A stretch of DNA of 64,000 nt, taken from contig CAYMVI010000001.1 in NCBI GenBank assembly GCA_964394075.1, forward strand, positions 167,195 through 231,194, written 5' to 3'. The notes under the pieces were generated by a model that saw only the letters and a program-made list of their open reading frames with translations, was not told where the DNA came from and did not search any database. The first letter of the stretch is position 1, and every line of letters begins with the position of its first letter. Source of the stretch: an uncultured Eubacteriales bacterium. GTDB lineage: Bacteria; Bacillota; Clostridia; TANB77; UBA1234. Below, in pieces: positions 51,643 to 60,148 of the stretch. The position numbers and the translations under genes were made by a program.

Positions 51643-52290
51643 TTATTTTAATAAATTTGCGACCATTTTTATAACTTCTTTTTCCATGATTTCATAGTCA
51701 ATTTTATGATGTTTGTGATATACAACTTCGTGACAGAAGTTTTCAATAATTCCTACTGCAATATGGATCTTTTCAGTTGCATTTTTCATCACTATGTTAT
51801 TACTTTCTAAAACTTTTACAATCTTGTCGGTTAATTCAAATTCCATTTCTTTAAATATAGCAGCCACTTCGCTGTCTAGGTGAGACATGGCCATTAATTC
51901 TTCGTGAGCTTTTTTAGAAATGGTATGCTTTTTTACAAATGAATTAATCATTTTTTTCAAAACTTTATCTAGGTTATCAATTTTGAAATTTTCTTCATCT
52001 AGAATACTCATCATAGGAAACATTATTTTGTTTGAATAATTTCTAACACCTTCTAAAAAGATTTCTTTTTTATCTGTAAAGTATTGATAAATAATTCCTG
52101 TAGATACTCCAGATGCTTCTGCAATATCTGGAGTAGAGATATTGTGATAACCTTTTTCACAAATTAATTCAAAACCCTTTTCTATTATTTTATTTCTTTT
52201 TTCGATTGATCTTTTTTGTGTTGGGATTCTTGTAGCAGACATTAATATCACCTCTGTGAATATTATATATGCAAGCAGAAGAAAAGACAA
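51643..52290 (-). CDS. TetR/AcrR family transcriptional regulator
   Basis: N-terminal HTH ISTPDIAEASGVSTGIIYQYF. Confidence 0.8.
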   Translation of the reverse strand: MSFLLLAYIIFTEVILMSATRIPTQKRSIEKRNKIIEKGFELICEKGYHNISTPDIAEASGVSTGIIYQYFTDKKEIFLEGVRNYSNKIMFPMMSILDEENFKIDNLDKVLKKMINSFVKKHTISKKAHEELMAMSHLDSEVAAIFKEMEFELTDKIVKVLESNNIVMKNATEKIHIAVGIIENFCHEVVYHKHHKIDYEIMEKEVIKMVANLLK

Positions 52291-52322
52291 GGATGAAATG
52301 TGAAAAAAGATTCATATTTTTG

Positions 52323-52351
52323 TTGACGACGTTTTTTAGAAAGAATATAAT
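52323..52351 (+). promoter_or_regulatory. feoAB promoter
   Basis: TTGACG, a 17-bp spacer and TATAAT. Confidence 0.5.
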
Positions 52352-52363
52352 TAGGTTGAAAAT

Positions 52364-52379
52364 ATGAAATAAATTTCAT
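52364..52379. promoter_or_regulatory. palindromic operator candidate (ATGAAAT-AA-ATTTCAT), Fur-family-like, over the feoA TSS/leader
   Basis: A perfect 7-2-7 inverted repeat lies between the -10 and the RBS of feoA. Confidence 0.4.
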
Positions 52380-52392
52380 AAAGGAGGTTGCT

Positions 52393-52644
52393 ATGAAAAA
52401 GATAGGAGATAAGTGCGTATTGTCTGATTTAAAAGTTGGACAGAAAGCAAAAGTTTTAAAATTAAATGAAACGAACAAAGCAATCAGAAGACATTTGCTT
52501 GATATGGGAATCACAAGAGGCACCGTGGTGTCAGTAAAAAAAGTTGCTCCAATGGGAGATCCAATAGACATTGAGTTAAGAGATTATGAACTTTGTGTTT
52601 GTAAAGCAGATCTTGACAAGATAGAAGTGGAGGTAGTGGGATGA
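52393..52644 (+). CDS. feoA: ferrous iron transport protein A
   Basis: 83-aa SH3-like FeoA. Its stop overlaps the feoB start. Confidence 0.85.
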   Translation: MKKIGDKCVLSDLKVGQKAKVLKLNETNKAIRRHLLDMGITRGTVVSVKKVAPMGDPIDIELRDYELCVCKADLDKIEVEVVG

Positions 52645-54749
52645 AAATAGGATTAGTTGGTAATCAAAATAGTGGAAAAACCACGTTATTTAATCTTCTA
52701 ACTGGAATGAATGCAAAGATTGGAAATTGGCCTGGTGTTACTATTGAAAAGAAAGTTGGAAATCTAAAAAATACAAATATTGAAATAACAGATTTACCAG
52801 GTATTTATTCATTAAGTCCATATAGTATGGAAGAAGAAATCTCTAGAAAATTTATTTTTGAAGAAAAACCAGATGTGATAATAAATATAGTTGATAGTAC
52901 AGCTTTAGAAAGAAGCTTGTATTTAACAACTCAACTTTTAGAACTCGATACTAAAGTTATTGTTGCACTTAACATGGCGGATGAATTAGAAAAGAAAGGC
53001 ATAAAGATAGATGAAGCTAAATTAGAAAAAGAACTTGGTGCAAAGGTTTTGAAAATTTCTGCATTAAAAGCAACTGGAATAGATGAATTAGTAGCTGAAA
53101 TTAAAAATGCTAAAACATTTGCTGAAACAAAAATTTATGATGCTAAATTAGAAAAAGCGATAGAAGATATTAAAAATAAACTTCATTCAAATGTAGATCA
53201 TAGAAGATTCGTTGCTGTAAAATTATTAGAAAATGATGAACGATTTAAAGAATTAAACACAATTGATATAAAAACAATTACTAAAAATTTATCTCAAAAT
53301 TATGAAACAGATTTGGAAGAAACAATAGCAACTGAAAGATATCTTTTTATTGAAAGTGCAAAGAAGAGTTCGTTCAAACAAAGTATAAAAAGAGAATCTC
53401 TTTCAGATAAATTAGATAAAGTATTCTTAAACAAATGGTTAGCGTTTCCTATATTTGTAGTAATCATGTTTTTAGTATACTATTTATCGGTTGGCGTAGT
53501 AGGCAGCTTTACTGTTGATTGGGTTGCAGGAATGATGGATTCGTTTGGTGAAAAAGTTGGTAATTTTCTATCAAACGCAGGCACCTCTGAGATGATAAAT
53601 AGCTTAGTTGTACAAGGTGTTATAGCAGGTGTAGGAGCAGTGCTTGGATTTGTTCCTCAATTAATAATTTTATTTATTTGTATTTCGGTTTTAGAAACAA
53701 CAGGATATATGTCTAGAATTGCATTATTGTTAGACAAGTTGTTTAGAAAAATCGGATTAAGTGGAAAAAGTTTAATACCATTTATAGTTGGTTCTGGTTG
53801 TAGTGTACCAGGAATAATGGGAACAAGAATAATTGAAAATCAAGATGAGCGTGTAATGACAACTATACTTACACCATTTATTCCGTGTAGTGCTAAACTT
53901 CCGATTATATCGTTGTTTGCAGGATATTTCTTTCCAGAAAATTCAGGGTTAATATCTGCATCGCTATACTTTTTTGCAATCATTGTAATAATAGTTAGTG
54001 CCCTTATAATGAAGAAATTTATTTATAAAAACACAAGTAGCACATACATTGCAGAATTACCAGAATATAAATTGCCAAGCATCAAGTATGTAAGTAAAGA
54101 TGTGTTTGACAAAGTAATAGCATTTATTAAGAGAGCGGGAAGCGTAATTCTAATTTGTTCAATATTAATATGGTTCTTGGTATCATTCTCGTTTAGTATG
54201 GAATATGATGTGAACATTGAAGATAGCATGCTTGCATCAATAGGAAATAAAATCTCTTGGATATTTGAACCAATGCTAGGAACAAAAAGTTGGGGAGCAA
54301 CAGTTTCTGCAATTCAAGGTTTAGTTGCAAAAGAACAAGTTGTTTCATCAATGGCAGTTATCAACGGCTTGGCAGATGATGTTGAAGCGGGTGAGGAAAT
54401 ATTTTCTGGTAACGGTGTGTTCGGATTCTTTACTGCGGCATCAGCATATGCTTTTATGGTATTTAATCTTTTCTCAGCACCATGCTTTGGAGCAATCGGA
54501 GCAATGAAAAGAGAATTAGGTGGAACAAAGAAAATGTTAAAAGCGGTTGCTTTCCAAACAATATTTGCATGGTTACTTGCAACACTTGTTTATCAAATAG
54601 GAAGCAGAATAGAACAAGGAATATTCAGCACAGCTGACTTAATAGTAATAGGTGTTATCTTATTAGTCGTGATAGCAATATTAGTAAAAAAAGATAAAAA
54701 CAAAGAATGTGCGGGATGTCCTTACAATGCAGATTGTAACAAGAAATAA
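52641..54749 (+). CDS. feoB: ferrous iron transporter B
   Basis: G-domain GNQNSGKTTLFN plus a polytopic membrane domain. Confidence 0.9.
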   Translation: MKIGLVGNQNSGKTTLFNLLTGMNAKIGNWPGVTIEKKVGNLKNTNIEITDLPGIYSLSPYSMEEEISRKFIFEEKPDVIINIVDSTALERSLYLTTQLLELDTKVIVALNMADELEKKGIKIDEAKLEKELGAKVLKISALKATGIDELVAEIKNAKTFAETKIYDAKLEKAIEDIKNKLHSNVDHRRFVAVKLLENDERFKELNTIDIKTITKNLSQNYETDLEETIATERYLFIESAKKSSFKQSIKRESLSDKLDKVFLNKWLAFPIFVVIMFLVYYLSVGVVGSFTVDWVAGMMDSFGEKVGNFLSNAGTSEMINSLVVQGVIAGVGAVLGFVPQLIILFICISVLETTGYMSRIALLLDKLFRKIGLSGKSLIPFIVGSGCSVPGIMGTRIIENQDERVMTTILTPFIPCSAKLPIISLFAGYFFPENSGLISASLYFFAIIVIIVSALIMKKFIYKNTSSTYIAELPEYKLPSIKYVSKDVFDKVIAFIKRAGSVILICSILIWFLVSFSFSMEYDVNIEDSMLASIGNKISWIFEPMLGTKSWGATVSAIQGLVAKEQVVSSMAVINGLADDVEAGEEIFSGNGVFGFFTAASAYAFMVFNLFSAPCFGAIGAMKRELGGTKKMLKAVAFQTIFAWLLATLVYQIGSRIEQGIFSTADLIVIGVILLVVIAILVKKDKNKECAGCPYNADCNKK

Positions 54750-54755
54750 AAGGAA

Positions 54756-54779
54756 AAGCCGTAGTAAAAACTACGGCTT
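54756..54779. terminator. bidirectional terminator
   Basis: AAGCCGTAG taaaaa CTACGGCTT flanked by A and T runs. Confidence 0.7.
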
Positions 54780-54790
54780 TAAAAATTTAA

Positions 54791-55588
54791 TTAATTTTGA
54801 GAAGCTAATTCATATAAGACGAAATATTCCCAACCACGAGGTGAGCCGGTAACAGGATAACTAAAATCGTTGAGTTTATCTTGATAATCATCTCCAAAAT
54901 CTATGTGGTGTTGAATAGGTCTAACTCCGCTAAAACGATCATTTAACCAACTGTTTCTGGCAGCTACTGAAAGGGCACCTACTAAAATCTCTACACCATC
55001 AACGTCGAACCTAAAGGTTGCCGATGGCTTAGAATATGTTGTATAAACTTCACCTGATTCTGGTGTATACGCATTACCATTTTCATCGACCAATTTTGTG
55101 TCTCCATTTACATATAGTTCATTATTATAAATATATGGTGGCCAAATAAACACAGTTCCTGTTTTTGTAACAAAATATGAGCATTCAACACTATTTAATT
55201 TTTGAGTTGAAGTTTTTATTTTTGGCAATTCATAATCTATAACTTTAGGCATTGCGTCGCCGGACAACTGTGTGCAATGCATTTTTTCGGCGTATGCTCT
55301 TGTAAGCCAATTCTTCCCATCTTTGTCTACTAAAGTAGCACCCTTAGCAATGTAGTTATATACTTGAGCATCTGTTCTTTGAACTCCGTTTTTTCCTTCT
55401 ATACCTTTTAAAGTAACTGCTTGTTGGTCTAATAAATTTTGTACTTCGGCAATGTTGTTAGTAAAGTTTGAAAAGTTTGCATTCTCAATTGTGTCCGTAG
55501 AAGAACCAAAAGCGACAGCTGCTAAAATAATAATTACAATAATTGTGATGACTAAAGAAATCATCGAAACACCTAAATTTTTCTTCAT
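54791..55588 (-). CDS. type-IV-pilin-like N-terminus surface protein (paralog A)
   Basis: The N-terminus MKKNLG|VSMISLVITIIVIIILAAVAF aligns position-for-position with the pilin alpha-helix ..IIGILAAIA, but has Ser instead of Glu at +5. It is homologous to the 63055 ORF, sharing ANFSN.TN and IWPPY. Confidence 0.55.
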   Translation of the reverse strand: MKKNLGVSMISLVITIIVIIILAAVAFGSSTDTIENANFSNFTNNIAEVQNLLDQQAVTLKGIEGKNGVQRTDAQVYNYIAKGATLVDKDGKNWLTRAYAEKMHCTQLSGDAMPKVIDYELPKIKTSTQKLNSVECSYFVTKTGTVFIWPPYIYNNELYVNGDTKLVDENGNAYTPESGEVYTTYSKPSATFRFDVDGVEILVGALSVAARNSWLNDRFSGVRPIQHHIDFGDDYQDKLNDFSYPVTGSPRGWEYFVLYELASQN

Positions 55589-55633
55589 AAAAATCGCTCC
55601 TAACTAATAAAAGTAATTTTAGTCAAAAACCAT

Positions 55634-55654
55634 TATATATATATATATATATAT
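55634..55654. repeat. (TA)10 dinucleotide microsatellite forming the spacer of the paralog-A promoter
   Basis: On the minus strand it reads ccTTGAAT(AT)n..TATAATgg. The -35 and -10 hexamers overlap the tract ends, giving a 15-bp spacer, which would be 17 bp with one extra unit. Confidence 0.6.
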
Positions 55655-55734
55655 TCAAGGGATTTTCGATAAATTAAATATTACATTTTTGTAACAAAAA
55701 AGACGAAGATCACATTTCTTCGTCTTTTGAAATT

Positions 55735-57120
55735 TTATTTTCCTTCTACATTTTTCAATGCACTATAACAATAATTATTACTTGGATCCCACAATGTAAA
55801 ATCGTTTATGCCTAAATCATATTGTGCTTGTATTTGTGCTTGTACTTCGGTAGTACCATATGATAAATAATTACCTTTACCAAGCCAGCTTGCTGTGAAG
55901 TCTTGTAGGTAAGGTCTGATTTTTGCTAGATGATAATCTGAATAATTAAGTTCTGATTTTTCTATTACAGTATCACCACTAAAATTATCGCCGCTAATTG
56001 AAACGTTATATGTTTTATTTATGTATTCGTTATAACGTTTTAATGCGTCATTTATAGAATGATAGATTAAACTATATGGAGCAGTGTCAGGTTTTGCTAA
56101 ACCATATTCATTGAAATTATAATGAGATGGATAAACCATTGGACAAATTACATCAACTATACTTGCAATTCTTGAAAAGTCTTGGCCGATATTTTCAAAG
56201 TCACCATTTCGTTTTGTAATTATTCCAAATACATCTGCAGATATTTGTACATCATAAGGTTCTAATTCAACCATAACTTTTTCTAAAAATTCAGCAATTA
56301 TATCTGATTTAGTTTTTGTTCCAAATTCAAATCCATATGCTATTTGACTAACACGTCCTTCAGAAGAAGGGAATCTAATGTAATCAAATTGTATTTCATC
56401 AAATCCTAATTCGGCAGCTTCTTTTGCAAGTGCTATTGGGTAATCCCAAGAAGCTTTATTATATGGGTTCGGCCATTTGTTTCCTGCTGAATCTTGCCAC
56501 ACAGTACCATCAGCTTTTTTGTATGCTATGTCTGAAACTTTTCCGGCATAAGTAGGATCTTTAAAAGTTACGATTCTACCAATTACATATAAATCATTTT
56601 CGTGCAATTCATTTAGAATTGCAGAAATATCGGAAACCATTTTTTGCGATGCTTTTATATCGATTGCGGTTTGGACAGAGGAGTTATATGTTAGATGGCC
56701 AGCTTCATCTTTTATATCTATTACTATTGAATTGTATCCATATTCTTTTAATGAAGAAATCATTTTGCTTCTAAGTCCTGGTGTGCCCATTACCCAACCA
56801 GTTGCATATACAGCTTGTACATTTTCTGGTACAGGCATTTTCTTTTTTATAATTTCAAGTTCTGTATTTTCACCAGAAACATTTTGTTCAGGTTCGATAG
56901 ACGGCGATGAAACAATTGGTTCGATATTTCCGGATTCAATTATGAAATCACCTGAAGTTTTTTCGCCAGAATCAGAAATAATATTTTCAATATTTCCACT
57001 ATTTTGAGTTGTGATATTAGGAGAGGAAACATCGATAGTTTTTAGACTAAACATTCCTACGATTAAACCTATAAAAATAGAGCAGACAATTACCACACTA
57101 AGAAGTGTTTTTGAATTCAT
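55735..57120 (-). CDS. membrane-anchored putative glycoside-hydrolase-like TIM-barrel protein (DUF4015/GHL15-like)
   Basis: VQAVYATGW...IVIDIKDEAGHLTY matches the DUF4015 core. N-terminal transmembrane helix. Confidence 0.45.
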   Translation of the reverse strand: MNSKTLLSVVIVCSIFIGLIVGMFSLKTIDVSSPNITTQNSGNIENIISDSGEKTSGDFIIESGNIEPIVSSPSIEPEQNVSGENTELEIIKKKMPVPENVQAVYATGWVMGTPGLRSKMISSLKEYGYNSIVIDIKDEAGHLTYNSSVQTAIDIKASQKMVSDISAILNELHENDLYVIGRIVTFKDPTYAGKVSDIAYKKADGTVWQDSAGNKWPNPYNKASWDYPIALAKEAAELGFDEIQFDYIRFPSSEGRVSQIAYGFEFGTKTKSDIIAEFLEKVMVELEPYDVQISADVFGIITKRNGDFENIGQDFSRIASIVDVICPMVYPSHYNFNEYGLAKPDTAPYSLIYHSINDALKRYNEYINKTYNVSISGDNFSGDTVIEKSELNYSDYHLAKIRPYLQDFTASWLGKGNYLSYGTTEVQAQIQAQYDLGINDFTLWDPSNNYCYSALKNVEGK

Positions 57121-57756
57121 ATATCCACCTCCAATATAATTAAATTATATAAAGAGAGTAGTATAAAAACAAGGAAAAAAACTTTGTTAATATTATTGCA
57201 ATTAAAATATCGAAATGCTAAAATTATTTATGGAATGGAGATGAATAATCTCTGTACCAGAATGCGAAAACGAATTTTACAATATAAATTCGGAAAGCGT
57301 AAAATAACACATATTTTGCGAGTAAAAGTATATATGTGAAAAGTGACGAGTTGAAAATTTGAGATTGAATATCTTAAAAAACAAGTTGCTAGGATCTACT
57401 GGATGTAGCTACAGGAATTGTAGATATGTTCACTGATCGCTACGAGCGTGTAAATTTATTAAAGCCCCAAACCGAGATAATTTGTGCGACTGGGTAGCGA
57501 CACTGGTTTTTAAAGGAACTAGAATTATAGCTATTAAGGATAGTAGTTTACAGACAAAGACCGCGTATAGCAATATACCAGTTAGTAGATTTTAAAATAA
57601 ACATATATTGCGATGAGGAATCTTGGTATAAAAAGCCTCATTGAGATTAGCCAATAAATAAGGTCCAGTAGATTTGCTACTGGATTTTGTTTTTGCTAAA
57701 AATCCAAAAAATGCCTATAAAATAGCAATTTGAAGCAAAATTATTATATAAATTTA

Positions 57757-57786
57757 TTGACTTAGCCTTAATCCCAAAGGTATAAT
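57757..57786 (+). promoter_or_regulatory. sigH promoter
   Basis: TTGACT, an 18-bp spacer and TATAAT. Confidence 0.45.
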
Positions 57787-57818
57787 ACAACGTGTAAAGC
57801 TTGTAGGAGGTTTAAGAC

Positions 57819-58469
57819 GTGAAAGAGAAAGTTCTTGGCAGTGTAGTCTCTGATGCGGCAGAACAAGACAAAATCGACAGAGAATGCATAAGCAAAATTA
57901 AAGCTGGTGACAAGGCAGCACTTAATTTCATAATGGAAAAATACAGGAATTTTGTTTACATTAAAGCAAAACCATTCTTTATGGTTGGTGCTGAAAAAGA
58001 TGACATAATTCAAGAAGGCATGATTGGTCTTTTTAAAGCGATTAAAGGTTTTGATGAAGACAAAGAAGTAACGTTCAAAGTTTTTGCAGATTTATGTATA
58101 AGAAGACAAATAATGACTGCTGTAAAAGCTTCTACAAGACAAAAGCATATGCCGCTTAATTCATACTTATCATTAAATAAAACTGTGTTTGATGATGAAA
58201 GCGACAGAGAAGTAATAGAAATGTTGGATGTGGAAACAGTTCCGGATCCTTTGGATACAATTACAACACATGAAACTTATCAAAAAGTTGAAGAAACAAT
58301 GAATAAAGTTTTGAGCGATTTTGAATTGAAAGTTCTTAATGAGTATGTAAATGGCGCATCATATGTAGAAATTGCAAATAAATTAGATTCACATGTGAAA
58401 GCTGTGGATAACGCAGTACAAAGAATAAAGAAAAAAGTTGATAAACATCTTGCAGATGAAAAATTTTAA
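57819..58469 (+). CDS. sigH: RNA polymerase sigma-H (Spo0H)
   Basis: DIIQEGMIGLFKAIKGFDEDK and TRQKHMPLNSY match SigH. Confidence 0.8.
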   Translation: MKEKVLGSVVSDAAEQDKIDRECISKIKAGDKAALNFIMEKYRNFVYIKAKPFFMVGAEKDDIIQEGMIGLFKAIKGFDEDKEVTFKVFADLCIRRQIMTAVKASTRQKHMPLNSYLSLNKTVFDDESDREVIEMLDVETVPDPLDTITTHETYQKVEETMNKVLSDFELKVLNEYVNGASYVEIANKLDSHVKAVDNAVQRIKKKVDKHLADEKF

Positions 58470-58499
58470 AAAAGCGAGGTTATGCCTCGCTTAATATTT

Positions 58500-58575
58500 G
58501 CTTCTATAGCTCAGTTGGCAGAGTGCGTCCTTGGTAAGGACGAGGTCACGGGTTCGATTCCCGTTAGAAGCTCCA
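58500..58575 (+). tRNA. tRNA-Thr (GGU)
   Basis: It forms a cloverleaf with acceptor GCTTCTA/TAGAAGC, anticodon loop TTGGTAA and an encoded CCA, followed by a terminator. Confidence 0.85.
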
Positions 58576-58577
58576 AA

Positions 58578-58612
58578 AAAGCAACCAATTTATAATTGGT
58601 TGCTTTTTTTGC
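58578..58612. terminator. bidirectional terminator
   Basis: AAAAAAGCAACCAATT tata AATTGGTTGCTTTTTTT. Confidence 0.75.
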
Positions 58613-58616
58613 AAAA

Positions 58617-59081
58617 TTATCTTAATTCCATTACATAATCTTTTGTAATTACAGTGTTTAAATCTACTTTGTGCATTGTTAACATATCGACTGAGGTTTT
58701 GTTGAACATTGCTTCGTTAAAATTGTTACCTAAAAGAATTAAATTTCCGCTTTGAACGGCTAAATAATATACTTTTTGAGGACGAAATAATTTTTTTTGT
58801 GTACTAACTTTTAACAAGCTCGATATCTGATTTGTTTCTTCAGACAATAGTAAATAACCAAACATAACCGTTAAATTCTTGAAATCTTTATCTGGCGAAA
58901 GAAGATTCTTGTTTACAAGCATAGCGAGCGCTGAATCAGCAATATTTTCTTTAATAGTTTTGTCAGTAATAACATTTTTGAATGGTTTTGTAATATCCAT
59001 ATTATATCCGCATTTAGGACATTGATTTCCCGAAAATTCATTACCACAATTATTACATATTTTATTTTCCACACTAATCAC
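58617..59081 (-). CDS. hypothetical protein with an N-terminal zinc ribbon (CNNCG..CPKCG)
   Basis: 154 aa with RBS GAGGTG. Confidence 0.45.
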   Translation of the reverse strand: MISVENKICNNCGNEFSGNQCPKCGYNMDITKPFKNVITDKTIKENIADSALAMLVNKNLLSPDKDFKNLTVMFGYLLLSEETNQISSLLKVSTQKKLFRPQKVYYLAVQSGNLILLGNNFNEAMFNKTSVDMLTMHKVDLNTVITKDYVMELR

Positions 59082-59176
59082 CTCGAGTTCATTATAGCAT
59101 TATTTTTTTGTTTTTCAATATTGTAAAATACGACTTGAAATAATAGAATATAAGTCAAAGGAGGAGATTATTTATA

Positions 59177-59782
59177 ATGGAACAAATTATTAACAGAAAA
59201 GTTTGGGAGTATTCAAAAGTAGGAGAAGTAATTCAAACAGTGTTAATTGTTATAGGAGCATTATTAGTTCCTGCAGTTGTACCACAATTATTAAAACTTA
59301 TATTTGGAGCAGAAAGTGCGATAGCAAGTAATTCACAAGTAATTGTTGGAACAATAGTAAACACAGCATTAATTATAGCAGGACTTAATTTAAAAGGTTG
59401 GGGAAGATTATTAGCAATAGCTACATTACCAAGTATCTCAGCAGTAAGTAGCGGTTATATATTTGGAAGCTTAACAAAAGTTACAGTATTTATGATACCA
59501 GGAATTTGGCTTGGAAACTTAGCAATAATGTTAGTTATGAAAGCACTATATGCAAACGAAAAAGCAAATTATTTTGTGAGTGCATTTTTAGCAATTGTAA
59601 TTAAGGTAGCATTTATTTTTGGAATGTTAAGTATGTGGATGTCACTTTCAGTTTTGCCTGCAACAGGTAAAGTGGCTGAAACATTAAAGGCAACAATGGG
59701 AACAACACAATTAATAACAGCTACAATGGGATCAATAATTTCTTACTTTATAATGAAGTTATCTACAAACAAAGCTAAATAA
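59177..59782 (+). CDS. hypothetical polytopic membrane protein
   Basis: 201 aa with five or six hydrophobic segments and RBS AAGGAGG. Confidence 0.45.
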   Translation: MEQIINRKVWEYSKVGEVIQTVLIVIGALLVPAVVPQLLKLIFGAESAIASNSQVIVGTIVNTALIIAGLNLKGWGRLLAIATLPSISAVSSGYIFGSLTKVTVFMIPGIWLGNLAIMLVMKALYANEKANYFVSAFLAIVIKVAFIFGMLSMWMSLSVLPATGKVAETLKATMGTTQLITATMGSIISYFIMKLSTNKAK

Positions 59783-59793
59783 ATTAAAGATTT

Positions 59794-59823
59794 AAAGCAG
59801 CTCGAAAGGGCTGCTTTTTTTGC
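59794..59823 (+). terminator. rho-independent terminator
   Basis: AAAGCAGCtcgaaaggGCTGCTTTTTTT. Confidence 0.7.
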
Positions 59824-59830
59824 GATTTTT

Positions 59831-59865
59831 TTGTCCCACGATGAGTCCGTCCCCAAGTGGGACAA
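59831..59865. repeat. variant copy of the palindromic repeat family (TTGTCCCAC...GTCCGTCCCC...GTGGGACAA)
   Basis: GC-rich palindrome of the same architecture as the GTCCAA..GGACGTCC..TTGGAC unit. Confidence 0.5.
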
Positions 59866-59959
59866 GAGGTAGAGTTATTATGTAAGCTTGATTAGATTTT
59901 CAAATAAGGTATAATATAGGTGGCTGACCAATAATATTTATAGGAGGGTAGAATTTACT

Positions 59960-60125
59960 TTTAGCGCATGGGCAAAGCTATTAAAAGGCTTTGTTGACGA
60001 GGTTGGAGTCTGTCGGAATAATCAGCGGATGGCTTCACGGCCTTGCTACGGTCGTTAAATACTGGTAAAAGCGTGTGGTGACATGCGTGTACAGATTCAG
60101 TAGAAGTAGATGTTAGCCTAATTAA
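59960..60125 (+). ncRNA. glmS ribozyme (GlcN6P-responsive self-cleaving riboswitch)
   Basis: The 5' AGCGC cleavage-site context and the core GCTTTGTTGACGAGGTTGGAG..TCGGAATAATCAGCGGATGG match the glmS consensus. It lies directly upstream of glmS. Confidence 0.8.
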
Positions 60126-60148
60126 ATAGAGAGGAGAACACTAAAGAA

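Noticed and set aside
57250-57350. 33-aa basic peptide ORF (MNNLCTRMRKRILQYKFGKRKITHILRVKVYM)
   Set aside because: GGAG is immediately adjacent to the ATG (spacing about 1 nt), and there is no support for translation.
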